Shown here one piece after another: positions 49,022 through 62,002 of a stretch of DNA of 64,000 nucleotides; positions within the stretch are counted from its first letter, which is position 1; every line of letters begins with the position of its first letter. This DNA comes from Escherichia coli (lineage in GTDB: Bacteria; Pseudomonadota; Gammaproteobacteria; Enterobacterales; Enterobacteriaceae): the NCBI RefSeq assembly GCF_030384885.1, contig NZ_CP128613.1. One strand, 5' to 3'. Position numbers and translations under genes: made by a program. The notes below the pieces were generated by a model. The model saw nothing but the letters and a program-made list of their open reading frames with translations. It was not told the DNA's origin and searched no databases.

Positions 49022-49516
49022 TTAGCGCGTCTTAATAACCAGACGATTACTCTGCTTGACTTCTTCCATAACAACGTATGTCCGCGTGTCATTGACGCCA
49101 GGCAGACGCAGCAGGGTTTCCCCTAGCAACTTACGGTAAGCCGACATATCCGGCACGCGTGTTTTCAACAGGTAGTCGAAATCACCGGATACTAAATGAC
49201 ACTCCTGAATTTCTTCAAGTTTTTGTACAGCGGTATTGAATTGTTCAAACACATCCGGTGCGCCACGATTCAGAGTAATCTCAACGAATACCAGAAGTGA
49301 TGCATCCAGATAATGGGGGTTCAGCAGCGCTGTATAGCCCTGAATAAACCCTTGTCTTTCCAGCCGACGCACACGCTCAAGGCACGGCGTTGGGGAAAGT
49401 CCCACACGTTTAGAAAGCTCGACGTTAGAAATACGCCCATCCTTTTGCAACTCATTAAGAATGTTACGATCGATACGGTCGAGATCTTTGCCAGGGCGCT
49501 TCTTGCTATCTACCAT
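49022..49516 (-). CDS. lrp: Leucine-responsive regulatory protein Lrp
   Basis: Track ORF 182 aa; start taken at ATG 49516 (MVDSKKRPGKDLDRIDRNILNELQ, 164 aa). Confidence 0.95.
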   Translation of the reverse strand: MVDSKKRPGKDLDRIDRNILNELQKDGRISNVELSKRVGLSPTPCLERVRRLERQGFIQGYTALLNPHYLDASLLVFVEITLNRGAPDVFEQFNTAVQKLEEIQECHLVSGDFDYLLKTRVPDMSAYRKLLGETLLRLPGVNDTRTYVVMEEVKQSNRLVIKTR

Positions 49517-49943
49517 TATTATTGTCTCTCTGTATTCCTTCCCTACTCCTGTCTGACCCTGAAACATCACTGTTCAGAGTCGCTACCCGTCACGATAGAC
49601 CGAAATCATTAAGATTCACGGCGCGCAATGCCTGGTCTACGGTGAGAAGACCGTTGCCTGGTGGCAGCTATCGACATCACGAATGGCGTCTGTCCACGCC
49701 ATACGTAGATTTCACTAGCACGGTAAACATGGTATTTACATGCATGGTTATGCGCATATAAGAATACTGTTTTTTTTCTTCCTCGAATGTTTTCGCAAAA
49801 CACCAGGGGATTGTCAAAGCAAAACATCGATTTTTAGTACAACATGCCAGATATTCATTAACAGGGGCGTTTATTCATCATTTAATCGGCTTATAACGCG
49901 GGAAATTTAAGTAGCAGAGGTGATAATGCCGGAGGGAGTTTGA

Positions 49944-51026
<1,083 letters not shown>

Positions 51027-51054
51027 TTTTACAAATCAGTAACAAAAGTAAAGA

Positions 51055-51092
51055 AGGCGACACCATGCGACTATGGGTCGCCTTTATTTTTT
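51055..51092 (+). terminator. Intrinsic terminator downstream of trxB
   Basis: aggcgac...gtcgcct hairpin followed by TTATTTTTT. Confidence 0.75.
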
Positions 51093-51148
51093 CCCCGTTG
51101 TAACATTGCTCTGCAAATAATTCTGATAACTCACCTGCTAAGCGTGCA

Positions 51149-52915
51149 ATGAATAAATCCCGTCAAAAAGAGTTAACCCGCTGGTTAAAACAGCAAAGCG
51201 TCATCTCCCAACGTTGGCTGAATATTTCTCGTCTACTGGGCTTTGTGAGCGGCATATTGATCATTGCCCAAGCCTGGTTCATGGCGCGTATTCTGCAACA
51301 TATGATTATGGAGAGTATTCCCCGTGAAGCCCTGCTGCTTCCCTTTACGTTACTGGTTCTGACCTTTGTACTGCGCGCATGGGTGGTCTGGTTACGAGAA
51401 CGGGTGGGTTATCACGCCGGGCAGCATATCCGCTTTGCCATCCGACGTCAGGTTCTCGACCGTCTGCAACAAGCAGGGCCAGCGTGGATTCAGGGTAAAC
51501 CGGCGGGGAGCTGGGCGACGCTGGTACTCGAGCAAATTGACGATATGCATGATTACTATGCACGCTACCTGCCGCAAATGGCGCTGGCAGTGTCGGTGCC
51601 GTTGCTGATTGTGGTGGCGATCTTCCCCTCTAACTGGGCTGCGGCGCTCATTCTGCTGGGCACTGCTCCGTTAATTCCGTTATTTATGGCGCTGGTTGGA
51701 ATGGGGGCTGCCGATGCTAACCGACGCAACTTTCTCGCTCTTGCTCGCTTAAGTGGGCATTTTCTCGATCGCCTGCGCGGCATGGAAACATTGCGTATTT
51801 TTGGTCGTGGTGAAGCTGAAATTGAAAGTATTCGTTCTGCTTCGGAAGATTTCCGCCAACGGACAATGGAAGTGCTACGGCTGGCGTTTTTATCCTCCGG
51901 CATTCTCGAATTTTTTACCTCGCTGTCAATTGCTCTGGTCGCGGTCTACTTTGGTTTTTCCTATCTCGGTGAGCTGGATTTTGGGCACTACGATACTGGC
52001 GTGACGCTGGCTGCGGGTTTTCTGGCCCTGATCCTTGCGCCGGAGTTTTTCCAGCCATTGCGCGATCTGGGTACGTTTTATCATGCTAAAGCCCAGGCTG
52101 TTGGCGCGGCAGACAGTCTGAAAACGTTTATGGAAACCCCGCTCGCCCATCCGCAGCGCGGTGAGGCTGAATTAACGTCGGCCGATCCGGTGACCATTGA
52201 GGCCGAGGATCTGTTTATCACGTCGCCGGAAGGTAAAACGCTGGCAGGTCCGTTGAACTTTACTTTGCCAGCAGGCCAACGAGCGGTGTTGGTTGGTCGT
52301 AGCGGTTCAGGTAAAAGCTCACTACTGAATGCGCTTTCCGGTTTTCTTTCATATCAGGGATCGCTACGAATCAACGGAATAGAATTACGTGATTTATCAC
52401 CGGAATCATGGTGTAAGCATCTCTCCTGGGTTGGTCAAAATCCACAATTACCAGCAGCAACACTACGAGATAACGTACTGCTGGCACGACCTGATGCCAG
52501 CGAACAAGAGTTACAAACAGCACTGGATAACGCGTGGGTCAGTGAGTTTCTACCGCTCCTGCCACAAGGAGTTGATACGCCTGTTGGCGACCAGGCTGCC
52601 CGCCTTTCCGTAGGCCAGGCACAACGTGTGGCGGTGGCGCGTGCATTACTGAATCCCTGTTCGCTATTACTGTTGGATGAACCCGCAGCAAGCCTTGATG
52701 CTCACAGTGAACAGCGCGTAATGGAGGCGCTGAATGCCGCCTCTCTGCGCCAGACAACGTTAATGGTCACCCACCAGTTAGAAGATCTTGCGGACTGGGA
52801 TGTCATTTGGGTAATGCAGGATGGTCAGATTATCGAGCAAGGACGTTACGCGGAATTAAGCGTGGCTAACGGTCCTTTTGCCACATTGCTGGCCCATCGT
52901 CAGGAGGAGATTTAA
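51149..52915 (+). CDS. cydD: ABC transporter CydD (cysteine/glutathione exporter needed for cytochrome bd assembly)
   Basis: 588-aa ORF; TM domain plus ABC ATPase (GRSGSGKSS). Confidence 0.95.
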   Translation: MNKSRQKELTRWLKQQSVISQRWLNISRLLGFVSGILIIAQAWFMARILQHMIMESIPREALLLPFTLLVLTFVLRAWVVWLRERVGYHAGQHIRFAIRRQVLDRLQQAGPAWIQGKPAGSWATLVLEQIDDMHDYYARYLPQMALAVSVPLLIVVAIFPSNWAAALILLGTAPLIPLFMALVGMGAADANRRNFLALARLSGHFLDRLRGMETLRIFGRGEAEIESIRSASEDFRQRTMEVLRLAFLSSGILEFFTSLSIALVAVYFGFSYLGELDFGHYDTGVTLAAGFLALILAPEFFQPLRDLGTFYHAKAQAVGAADSLKTFMETPLAHPQRGEAELTSADPVTIEAEDLFITSPEGKTLAGPLNFTLPAGQRAVLVGRSGSGKSSLLNALSGFLSYQGSLRINGIELRDLSPESWCKHLSWVGQNPQLPAATLRDNVLLARPDASEQELQTALDNAWVSEFLPLLPQGVDTPVGDQAARLSVGQAQRVAVARALLNPCSLLLLDEPAASLDAHSEQRVMEALNAASLRQTTLMVTHQLEDLADWDVIWVMQDGQIIEQGRYAELSVANGPFATLLAHRQEEI

Positions 52916-54637
52916 ATGCGCGCTTTGCTACCCTATCTGGCTCTGTATAAACGTCATAAATGGATGTTAAGCCTTGGCATTGTGCTGGCAATTGTCACAC
53001 TGCTCGCCAGTATCGGTCTGTTGACACTTTCCGGCTGGTTCCTCTCCGCCTCAGCGGTGGCGGGCGTTGCAGGACTGTATAGCTTCAACTATATGCTACC
53101 CGCTGCAGGCGTGCGTGGCGCAGCAATCACCCGTACCGCCGGGCGTTATTTTGAACGTCTGGTGAGCCATGACGCGACTTTCCGCGTGTTGCAGCATCTG
53201 CGCATTTACACCTTCAGCAAATTGCTCCCCCTCTCCCCTGCCGGACTGGCGCGCTATCGTCAGGGCGAATTGCTCAACCGCGTCGTGGCGGATGTTGATA
53301 CGCTCGATCATCTTTACCTGCGCGTTATCTCGCCGCTGGTGGGCGCTTTTGTGGTGATTATGGTGGTGACAATCGGGTTAAGTTTCCTTGATTTCACCCT
53401 CGCCTTTACGCTGGGCGGCATTATGTTACTGACGCTTTTGCTGATGCCACCGCTGTTTTATCGTGCGGGGAAAAGCACCGGGCAAAATCTGACTCATCTT
53501 CGCGGGCAGTATCGCCAACAACTGACAGCCTGGCTGCAAGGGCAAGCTGAGCTGACCATTTTTGGTGCCAGCGATCGTTATCGCACGCAATTAGAGAATA
53601 CTGAAATTCAGTGGCTGGAAGCGCAACGCCGTCAATCTGAACTGACAGCTTTGTCGCAAGCAATAATGCTGTTAATTGGCGCGTTAGCGGTGATCCTGAT
53701 GCTGTGGATGGCGTCTGGCGGCGTTGGTGGCAATACTCAACCAGGCGCGTTAATTGCCCTGTTTGTCTTCTGTGCGTTAGCCGCGTTTGAAGCACTGGCA
53801 CCAGTAACGGGTGCATTTCAGCATCTGGGGCAAGTCATTGCCTCTGCCGTACGGATCACCGATTTAACGGATCAAAAACCTGAAGTCACCTTCCCTGATA
53901 CCCAAACCCGTGTTGCCGATTGCGTTTCGCTGACGTTACGGGATGTTCAGTTCACTTATCCGGAGCAGTCCCAACAGGCACTTAAAGGGATTTCTCTTCA
54001 GGTAAACGCCGGAGAACATATGGCGATTCTCGGGCGAACCGGATGCGGTAAATCAACATTGTTACAACTGCTGACCCGCGCATGGGACCCGCAACAGGGC
54101 GAGATTTTAATTAACGATAGCCCCATAGCCAGCCTGAACGAAGCAACTCTACGACAGACCATCAGCGTTGTGCCACAGCGAGTGCATCTGTTTAGCGCCA
54201 CACTGCGTGATAATCTGTTACTCGCCTCGCCTGGCAGTAGTGATGAAGTTTTGGCGGAGATCTTGCGTCGAGTTGGTCTGGAGAAGCTGCTCGAGGATGC
54301 AGGTCTCAACAGTTGGTTAGGTGAAGGCGGACGCCAGCTCTCCGGTGGTGAACTGCGCCGTCTGGCTATCGCCCGTGCGCTGTTACATGATGCGCCACTG
54401 GTATTGCTGGATGAACCTACCGAAGGCTTAGATGCCACAACTGAAAGTCAGATCCTTGAATTACTTGCAGAAATGATGCGTGAGAAAACGGTGTTAATGG
54501 TCACCCATCGACTTCGCGGGCTCTCTCGTTTCCAGCAAATAATAGTGATGGACAACGGGCAAATTATTGAGCAAGGTACTCACGCAGAACTGCTTGCCCG
54601 ACAGGGGCGTTATTACCAGTTTAAGCAGGGTTTGTAA
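52916..54637 (+). CDS. cydC: ABC transporter CydC
   Basis: 573-aa ORF whose ATG directly abuts the cydD TAA; Walker A GRTGCGKST. Confidence 0.95.
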   Translation: MRALLPYLALYKRHKWMLSLGIVLAIVTLLASIGLLTLSGWFLSASAVAGVAGLYSFNYMLPAAGVRGAAITRTAGRYFERLVSHDATFRVLQHLRIYTFSKLLPLSPAGLARYRQGELLNRVVADVDTLDHLYLRVISPLVGAFVVIMVVTIGLSFLDFTLAFTLGGIMLLTLLLMPPLFYRAGKSTGQNLTHLRGQYRQQLTAWLQGQAELTIFGASDRYRTQLENTEIQWLEAQRRQSELTALSQAIMLLIGALAVILMLWMASGGVGGNTQPGALIALFVFCALAAFEALAPVTGAFQHLGQVIASAVRITDLTDQKPEVTFPDTQTRVADCVSLTLRDVQFTYPEQSQQALKGISLQVNAGEHMAILGRTGCGKSTLLQLLTRAWDPQQGEILINDSPIASLNEATLRQTISVVPQRVHLFSATLRDNLLLASPGSSDEVLAEILRRVGLEKLLEDAGLNSWLGEGGRQLSGGELRRLAIARALLHDAPLVLLDEPTEGLDATTESQILELLAEMMREKTVLMVTHRLRGLSRFQQIIVMDNGQIIEQGTHAELLARQGRYYQFKQGL

Positions 54638-54678
54638 GCTATTATTGAACGATCCGACTTGCGTGGAGTTTTGCGGTC

Positions 54679-55383
54679 ATGCGCCTGGTTCAGCTTTCTC
54701 GCCATTCAATAGCCTTCCCTTCCCCGGAAGGCGCATTACGTGAGCCTAACGGCCTGCTGGCACTGGGGGGCGATCTTAGCCCTGCGCGCCTGTTAATGGC
54801 TTATCAGCGTGGTATTTTTCCGTGGTTTTCTCCAGGCGACCCCATCCTGTGGTGGTCGCCCGATCCCCGCGCGGTGCTATGGCCTGAATCATTACATATC
54901 AGCCGTAGTATGAAACGATTTCATAAACGCTCACCCTATCGCGTCACGATGAATTACGCCTTTGGTCAGGTCATTGAAGGCTGTGCCAGCGATCGCGAAG
55001 AAGGAACCTGGATCACGCGTGGCGTGGTCGAAGCCTACCATCGCCTTCACGAACTCGGTCATGCCCACTCCATCGAAGTCTGGTGTGAAGATGAGCTTGT
55101 TGGCGGTATGTACGGCGTGGCCCAGGGAACGCTATTTTGTGGCGAGTCCATGTTCAGCCGGATGGAAAATGCGTCTAAAACGGCGCTTCTGGTATTCTGT
55201 GAGGAATTTATTGGTCATGGCGGTAAACTTATCGACTGCCAGGTACTTAACGATCACACAGCGTCGCTTGGTGCCTGCGAAATTCTCCGCCGGGATTATC
55301 TGAATTATCTCAACCAAATGCGCCTCGGACGATTGCCGAATAATTTCTGGGTACCACGATGCTTGTTTTCACCACAAGAATGA
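54679..55383 (+). CDS. aat: Leucyl/phenylalanyl-tRNA--protein transferase
   Basis: 234-aa [38 protein letters not shown]... Confidence 0.93.
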   Translation: MRLVQLSRHSIAFPSPEGALREPNGLLALGGDLSPARLLMAYQRGIFPWFSPGDPILWWSPDPRAVLWPESLHISRSMKRFHKRSPYRVTMNYAFGQVIEGCASDREEGTWITRGVVEAYHRLHELGHAHSIEVWCEDELVGGMYGVAQGTLFCGESMFSRMENASKTALLVFCEEFIGHGGKLIDCQVLNDHTASLGACEILRRDYLNYLNQMRLGRLPNNFWVPRCLFSPQE

Positions 55384-55664
55384 ATGTTTTCGGCACATTT
55401 CTCCCCAGAGTGTTATAATTGCGGTCGCAGAGTTGGTTACGCTCATTACCCCGCTGCCGATAAGGAATTTTTCGCGTCAGGTAACGCCCATCGTTTATCT
55501 CACCGCTCCCTTATACGTTGCGCTTTTGGTGCGGCTTAGCCGTGTGTTTTCGGAGTAATGTGCCGAACCTGTTTGTTGCGATTTAGCGCGCAAATCTTTA
55601 CTTATTTACAGAACTTCGGCATTATCTTGCCGGTTCAAATTACGGTAGTGATACCCCAGAGGAT

Positions 55665-55886
<222 letters not shown>

Positions 55887-55928
55887 TTGTTTTACCGCCT
55901 GATGGGCGAAGAGAAAGAACGAGTAAAA

Positions 55929-55956
55929 GGTCGGTTTAACCGGCCTTTTTATTTTG
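55929..55956 (+). terminator. Intrinsic terminator downstream of infA
   Basis: ggtcggtt-taa-ccggcc hairpin followed by TTTTTATTTT. Confidence 0.75.
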
Positions 55957-56132
55957 TACGAAGAACGTTGGAAGTATAAGTACATAACTTGTCTCGATGT
56001 AGATATACTGCACAACTTGTTTACAGTATGAGCAAACGAGAATTGTCAGTAAAATTCTTCTTGACCGTTTTACTCCAACTCCCTATAGTAGCGCCCCGTT
56101 GCCCCCCATGAGGTCAGGCAGCAAAACAATTT

Positions 56133-56220
56133 GGTGAGGTGTCCGAGTGGCTGAAGGAGCACGCCTGGAAAGTGTGTATACGGCAACGTATCCGGGGTTC
56201 GAATCCCCGCCTCACCGCCA
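56133..56220 (+). tRNA. serW: tRNA-Ser (anticodon GGA), class II with long variable arm, encoded CCA
   Basis: GGTGAGG acceptor 5' side pairing with CCTCACC, D-arm GTCCGAGTGG, anticodon loop CUGGAAA, T-arm GGTTCGAATCC, 3' GCCA. Confidence 0.93.
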
Positions 56221-56231
56221 TATTCAAGAAA

Positions 56232-56261
56232 GAGCTCGTACGAAAGTACGGGCTTTTTTTT
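56232..56261 (+). terminator. Intrinsic terminator downstream of tRNA-Ser
   Basis: gctcgtac-gaaa-gtacgggc hairpin followed by T8. Confidence 0.8.
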
Positions 56262-56299
56262 CGCATGTTGCACAGTCTGGCGGGGATGAGAAGCCCGGA

Positions 56300-56444
56300 C
56301 CGGGGTTCGACAACTGGCGACAGCCAGTTGGACAGACCGCGAACGCAGTGAACGGGCTGCCCGCAGGGCGAGCGAAGCGAGTCAATCCCCGCCTCACCGC
56401 CATATTCAAGAAAGAGCTCGTAGGAAAGTACGAGCTATTTTCGC
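56300..56444 (+). repeat. Degenerate partial copy of the tRNA-Ser 3' part plus terminator, interrupted by a 73-nt insert (possible att-site scar or tRNA pseudo-fragment)
   Basis: ccggggttcga (56300..56310) equals tRNA 56192..56202; 56384..56435 equals 56202..56253 at 50 of 52 positions; the 73-nt insert 56311..56383 contains the perfect hairpin caactggc-gaca-gccagttg. Confidence 0.6.
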
Positions 56445-56691
56445 ATTTTAGCTGCCTGTCCGGCAGTGAACTCAAATACTACACGCTTAACCCGTTGTTA
56501 ATAAAGCGAAACCATCAATATTCCCCGCTCAGACCCTTTTTTATCCCTATATCCCAGCGAATATTATTATCAATAACTTACGTCACCCCCACAAAAAAAG
56601 GTCAAATCTGCTCCACCGAAGCACAAAAAAAGCCCGTAACCCCATATTGGATTACGGACTCAGATTGTTGACAACGTGCGATTTGTTTATG

Positions 56692-56788
56692 TCAGATGCG
56701 GCGTGTTCACCTTATCCGACCTACAAAATCATGCAAATTCAACAGATTGCAGTTACCTTGTAGGCCTGATAAGCGCAGCGCATCAGGC
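56692..56788. repeat. BIME: two REP elements in inverted orientation, just downstream of clpA
   Basis: tcagatgcggcgtgttcaccttatccgacctac and cttgtaggcctgataagcgcagcgcatcaggca both match the REP form. Confidence 0.8.
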
Positions 56789-56808
56789 ATTTTTCCTTCG
56801 CCATCAGA

Positions 56809-59085
56809 TTAATGCGCTGCTTCCGCCTTGTGCTTTTGTGCACTCTGAAATCCGTAAGTCAGCTCATTTTTCTCTTTATCCAGCGCAACCGTCACCTGAC
56901 CGCCGTCCACCAGCGAACCAAACAACAGTTCGTTGGCGAGCGGTTTTTTCAGGTTGTCCTGGATGACACGCGCCATCGGACGTGCGCCCATCGCCCGGTC
57001 GTAACCTTTCTCGGCCAGCCAGTTACGCGCTTCCTGACTCACTTCCAGGGAAACACCTTTCTGATCCAGCTGAACCTGCAACTCGACGATGAACTTATCC
57101 ACCACCTGATGGATCACGTCGGTTGACAGATGATCGAACCAGATAATGTTGTCGAGACGGTTACGGAATTCCGGTGTAAAGATCTTCTTGATCTCTTCCA
57201 TCGCATCGGTGCTGTTATCCTGGTGGATAAGACCAATGGATTTACGCTCAGTTTCCCGTACCCCGGCATTAGTGGTCATCACCAGCACCACGTTACGGAA
57301 GTCCGCTTTGCGTCCGTTGTTATCGGTCAGCGTACCGTTGTCCATCACCTGCAACAGAATATTGAACACGTCCGGGTGCGCTTTCTCGATTTCGTCCAGC
57401 AGCAGCACCGCATGAGGATGCTTGATGACCGCATCAGTCAGCAAACCGCCCTGATCAAAACCAACGTATCCCGGAGGCGCACCAATCAGACGGCTGACGG
57501 TATGGCGTTCCATATACTCGGACATATCAAAGCGCAGAAGCTCAATGCCCAAAGCTTTCGAAAGCTGTACCGTCACCTCTGTTTTCCCGACCCCGGTAGG
57601 GCCGGCAAACAGGAACGAACCGACTGGTTTATGTTCGTGACCTAAACCTGCACGCGCCATCTTAATGGCTTCAGTCAGCGCCTCAATGGCTTTATCCTGA
57701 CCGAAGACCAGCATTTTCAGGCGATCGCTGAGGTTTTTCAGGGTATCGCGGTCACTCTGAGAAACACTCTTCTCTGGAATGCGCGCAATACGGGCCACCA
57801 CGGACTCAATATCCGCCACATTAACGGTTTTCTTGCGTTTGCTTACCGGCATCAGGCGTGCGCGAGCGCCCGCTTCGTCGATAACGTCAATGGCTTTATC
57901 CGGCAGATGACGATCGTTAATGTATTTCACCGCCAGCTCTACCGCTGCACGCACCGCTTTTGCGGTATAACGCACGTCATGGTGCGCTTCGTACTTCGGT
58001 TTCAGGCCGTTGATGATCTGTACGGTTTCTTCAATCGACGGTTCAGTAATATCAATTTTCTGGAAGCGACGCGCCAAAGCACGGTCTTTCTCGAAAATGT
58101 TGCTGAACTCCTGATAGGTTGTCGAACCAATTACGCGAATTTTACCGCTTGAGAGCAACGGTTTGATCAGGTTAGCCGCATCAACCTGACCACCAGAGGC
58201 TGCCCCCGCACCGATAATGGTGTGGATCTCATCAATAAACAGGATGCTGTTAGTGTCCTGCTCCAGCTGCTTGAGCAACGCTTTAAAACGTTTTTCAAAG
58301 TCGCCGCGATATTTTGTGCCCGCTAACAGAGAACCGATATCGAGAGAGTAAATCGTACAGTCAGCCATCACTTCCGGCACATCGCCCTGAACAATTCGCC
58401 AGGCAAGACCTTCCGCAATCGCGGTTTTGCCGACACCGGATTCCCCCACCAGCAGCGGGTTGTTTTTACGGCGACGGCAGAGAACCTGAATAGCACGCTC
58501 CAGCTCCTTCTCACGACCAATCAGTGGGTCGATTCCGCCCACACGCGCAAGCTGATTCAGGTTCGTCGTGAAATTCTCCATACGTTCCTCCCCACCAGCT
58601 TGTTCTTCGCTGTTTGGCTGGCTGCCAGGATCAGAAGACTGTGTCGGCTCGTCTTTACGCGTGCCATGAGAGATAAAGTTCACCACATCGAGACGGCTGA
58701 CTTCATGTTTGCGCAACAGATATGCCGCCTGCGACTCCTGTTCGCTAAAGATAGCGACCAGAACGTTTGCACCGGTAACCTCATTGCGACCGGAGGACTG
58801 GACATGGAAGACCGCACGTTGCAGTACACGCTGAAAACTCAGCGTTGGCTGTGTGTCGCGCTCCTCTTCACTGGCAGGCAGAACGGGTGTGGTTTGTTCA
58901 ATAAAGGCTTCCAGTTCCTGACGGAGCGCAACCAAATCCACGGAACACGCTTCCAGCGCCTCCCGGGCAGATGGGTTACTGAGCAGCGCCAGTAACAAGT
59001 GCTCGACGGTCATAAACTCATGACGGTGCTCGCGCGCTCTGGCGAAAGCCATATTTAAACTGAGTTCCAGTTCTTGATTGAGCAT
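56809..59085 (-). CDS. clpA: ATP-dependent Clp protease ATP-binding subunit ClpA
   Basis: Track ORF 763 aa; start taken at ATG 59085 ([19 protein letters not shown], 758 aa) with GGAGG upstream; two AAA+ modules. Confidence 0.95.
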   Translation of the reverse strand: MLNQELELSLNMAFARAREHRHEFMTVEHLLLALLSNPSAREALEACSVDLVALRQELEAFIEQTTPVLPASEEERDTQPTLSFQRVLQRAVFHVQSSGRNEVTGANVLVAIFSEQESQAAYLLRKHEVSRLDVVNFISHGTRKDEPTQSSDPGSQPNSEEQAGGEERMENFTTNLNQLARVGGIDPLIGREKELERAIQVLCRRRKNNPLLVGESGVGKTAIAEGLAWRIVQGDVPEVMADCTIYSLDIGSLLAGTKYRGDFEKRFKALLKQLEQDTNSILFIDEIHTIIGAGAASGGQVDAANLIKPLLSSGKIRVIGSTTYQEFSNIFEKDRALARRFQKIDITEPSIEETVQIINGLKPKYEAHHDVRYTAKAVRAAVELAVKYINDRHLPDKAIDVIDEAGARARLMPVSKRKKTVNVADIESVVARIARIPEKSVSQSDRDTLKNLSDRLKMLVFGQDKAIEALTEAIKMARAGLGHEHKPVGSFLFAGPTGVGKTEVTVQLSKALGIELLRFDMSEYMERHTVSRLIGAPPGYVGFDQGGLLTDAVIKHPHAVLLLDEIEKAHPDVFNILLQVMDNGTLTDNNGRKADFRNVVLVMTTNAGVRETERKSIGLIHQDNSTDAMEEIKKIFTPEFRNRLDNIIWFDHLSTDVIHQVVDKFIVELQVQLDQKGVSLEVSQEARNWLAEKGYDRAMGARPMARVIQDNLKKPLANELLFGSLVDGGQVTVALDKEKNELTYGFQSAQKHKAEAAH

Positions 59086-59115
59086 AGGCACCTCCCCCAA
59101 TTTTTATGCCTGCAT

Positions 59116-59436
59116 TCAGGCTTTTTCTAGCGTACACAGCAATGGATGCTCATTCTCCCTCGCGTACTTGTTCACCATCGCCACTTTGGTTTCTGCAACC
59201 TCGGCGGTAAAGACTCCGCAAATGGCCTTCCCCTGGTAGTGAACAGCGAGCATCAATTGCGTTGCACGTTCTACATCATAAGAAAAGAATTTTTGTAACA
59301 CGTCAATAACAAACTCCATCGGAGTGTAATCATCATTGACTAATATCACTTTATACATAGATGGCGGTTTTAGCGCGTCGCGAACTTTTTCTTCCGCCAG
59401 TTGATCAAAGTCCAGCCAGTCGTTCGTTTTACCCAT
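59116..59436 (-). CDS. clpS: ClpA adaptor protein ClpS (N-degron recognition)
   Basis: 106-aa [46 protein letters not shown]... Confidence 0.95.
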
Positions 59437-59758
59437 TGTCAGTTATCATCTTCGGTTACGGTTATCGGCAGAACGCCCTGCCGCTGACAAGAGCTTATTT
59501 GCCTGACCAATCTACTCCACATGATAGATAACTATCATCTATCGTTGGCATCAGCGACATCTGTCACATTCCTGTCAATAGCGTTAACTGCTTCAAATTT
59601 TTGATTCATACCTGCCCCCTGGCCCCTGTCAAATGCTTGACGGCTCGCCCTAATTCTCTAAATTGTATTTCTAGAGTTGGCGAGGTTTTGAACAGCCCCC
59701 TCTCTGACCCCGGTTTATTCCATCTTACTTGTATAAGATTTGCGAAGGATGTCGAAGC

Positions 59759-59983
59759 ATGGAAAAGGGTACTGTTAAGTGGTTCAACAATGCCAAAGGG
59801 TTTGGTTTCATCTGCCCTGAAGGCGGCGGCGAAGATATTTTCGCTCATTATTCCACCATTCAGATGGATGGTTACAGAACGCTAAAAGCTGGACAATCCG
59901 TTCAGTTTGATGTCCACCAGGGGCCAAAAGGCAATCACGCCAGTGTTATTGTGCCCGTCGAAGTAGAAGCGGCAGTCGCATAG
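59759..59983 (+). CDS. cspD: Cold-shock-domain protein CspD (stationary-phase replication inhibitor)
   Basis: Track ORF 84 aa; start taken at ATG 59759 (MEKGTVKWFNNAKGFGFI, 74 aa) preceded by gaagga. Confidence 0.93.
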   Translation: MEKGTVKWFNNAKGFGFICPEGGGEDIFAHYSTIQMDGYRTLKAGQSVQFDVHQGPKGNHASVIVPVEVEAAVA

Positions 59984-60055
59984 CTCTTCTGTCTCATTGT
60001 GTACATCCTACAGGCAAAATGCCAGCCCGATCGGCTGGCATTTTTATCTCAAAAA

Positions 60056-62002
60056 TTACTCTCGTGCCAAAGCATCTACTGGATCCAGTCGTGCCGCATT
60101 TCGTGCGGGTAACCAGCCAAATAAAATCCCGGTGACCGTCGAGCAGAGAAACGCCAGCAGCAGCGCCAACGGTGAAAAACCGATCTCCCAACCGGGTAAG
60201 AAAAGCTGCAAGGTGAAAGCAATTAACAGTGACAGTGTTATTCCCAACGCACCGCCGACCAGACAAACCAGCACGGCTTCGATCAGAAACTGTTGCAAAA
60301 CATCGCTTGCTCGCGCACCTACAGCCATGCGAATGCCAATTTCCCGCGTCCGCTCGGTCACTGACACCAGCATAATATTCATTACACCAATACCGCCCAC
60401 CACCAGCGAAATCACCGCCACCAGCGTCAGAAACAGTTGTAAAGTACGTGTGGTCTTTTCAACGGTTTTCAAGACGCCGTCCATGTTCCAGGTAAAGAAA
60501 TCCTTCTTACCGTGGCGCAGTGAAAGTAAACGCGTGAGTTGCTGTTCCGCCTCAGCGCTGTCAAATCCTTCTTTCACCCTGACAGTAATGGAGTTCAGCC
60601 ACGACTGGCCCATAACTCGCCCGGACATCGTGCTGTAAGGTAGCCAGACACGCAGCACTTTACTGCTACCAAACATCGACTGTTTTTCTTCCGCCACACC
60701 AATGACTCTGGCGGGCATATTGCCGACCAGAATCACCTCGCCAACCACATCTGCTTTATGGGGGAAAAGCTGGCGGCGAGTATTACTGTCGAGAACCACC
60801 ACCTGCGCACGACCGTTCAGCTGCTCCTGATTAAAGGTGTTCCCTTCACTGAAGGTCATGCCATAGACATTAAAATAATCGCCGCTCACGCCATTGGCAC
60901 TGGCAGCCACATCGACATTGTTATAACGCAGGCGCAGATTTTGCGAGACGGCAGGTGTGGCTGAGGCGACCCACGGTTGTTTTTGGATGGCGATTAAGTC
61001 GTCGTACTTCAGCGCCTGCTGATATTGCGGATCGTCATCGCCAAAATCTTTCCCGGGATAGACATCAATAGTATTCGTACCAATAGAACGAATATCCGCC
61101 AGCACCATTTGTTTGGCGGCGTCGCCGACCACGACAATGGAAACCACCGACGCAATACCGATAATAATCCCCAGCATGGTCAGTAAAGTACGCATTTTAT
61201 TCGCTGCCAGCGCCCGCCACGCCATCGTCAGCGCCTCGTTAAAACCGCTGACAAACTGCCGCCAGCCAGACGCCGTATTGATAACAGGCTCCGTCCCGCC
61301 AGCAACATTCACTTTTTCAATGGCGGGAGGATTGCGCACAATTTCGCCGTCGCGAATTTCGATCACCCGCTCGGCCTGAGCAGCGACCTGCGGATCGTGG
61401 GTAACGATAATCACCGTATGCCCGCGATCGCGCAGCTGATGCAGGATCGCCATCACCTCTTCGCCAGAATGACTGTCCAGTGCGCCGGTTGGTTCATCGG
61501 CAAGAATTACCTGACCGCCGTTCATCAATGCCCGCGCGATGCTGACGCGCTGTTGCTGACCACCCGAAAGCTGTGCCGGGTAATACTCTGTACGGTCTTC
61601 CAGCCCCAGTCGTTGCAGTAACTCCTGGGCGCGAAGCAACCGCTGTTTCCGCTCAAGACCGGCATAGACGGCGGGTACTTCAACGTTCTGCTCGGCGGTT
61701 AAATGTGAAAGCAAATGGTAACGCTGGAAAATAAAGCCGAAGTGTTCGCGACGCAGTTGCGCCAGCGCATCGGCGTCCAGCATGGCAACATCCTGACCGG
61801 CGACGCGATAGGTGCCGCTGGTGGCCTTATCCAGGCAGCCGAGAATATTCATCAGGGTCGATTTACCGGAACCCGAAGCGCCGACAATCGCCACCATCTC
61901 ACCAGCATAAATATCGAGGGTGATGCCCTTCAGCACCTCAACCTGCTCATCACCGGCAGGATAGCTGCGACGAATATCCTTTAATTCGAGCAAGGGCGTC
62001 AT
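60056..62002 (-). CDS. macB: Macrolide export ABC transporter MacB (ATPase and permease)
   Basis: 648-aa ORF; N-terminal ABC ATPase (GASGSGKST), C-terminal FtsX-like permease; ATGA overlap with the macA stop. Confidence 0.95.
   Translation of the reverse strand: MTPLLELKDIRRSYPAGDEQVEVLKGITLDIYAGEMVAIVGASGSGKSTLMNILGCLDKATSGTYRVAGQDVAMLDADALAQLRREHFGFIFQRYHLLSHLTAEQNVEVPAVYAGLERKQRLLRAQELLQRLGLEDRTEYYPAQLSGGQQQRVSIARALMNGGQVILADEPTGALDSHSGEEVMAILHQLRDRGHTVIIVTHDPQVAAQAERVIEIRDGEIVRNPPAIEKVNVAGGTEPVINTASGWRQFVSGFNEALTMAWRALAANKMRTLLTMLGIIIGIASVVSIVVVGDAAKQMVLADIRSIGTNTIDVYPGKDFGDDDPQYQQALKYDDLIAIQKQPWVASATPAVSQNLRLRYNNVDVAASANGVSGDYFNVYGMTFSEGNTFNQEQLNGRAQVVVLDSNTRRQLFPHKADVVGEVILVGNMPARVIGVAEEKQSMFGSSKVLRVWLPYSTMSGRVMGQSWLNSITVRVKEGFDSAEAEQQLTRLLSLRHGKKDFFTWNMDGVLKTVEKTTRTLQLFLTLVAVISLVVGGIGVMNIMLVSVTERTREIGIRMAVGARASDVLQQFLIEAVLVCLVGGALGITLSLLIAFTLQLFLPGWEIGFSPLALLLAFLCSTVTGILFGWLPARNAARLDPVDALARE

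Noticed and set aside
56221-56808. Possible integrated prophage or genomic island at the tRNA-Ser gene
   Set aside because: The interval between the tRNA and clpA is under 600 bp and contains only terminators, the partial tRNA repeat and REP elements. There is no integrase or cargo ORF, so only a possible scar is reported, not a mobile element.
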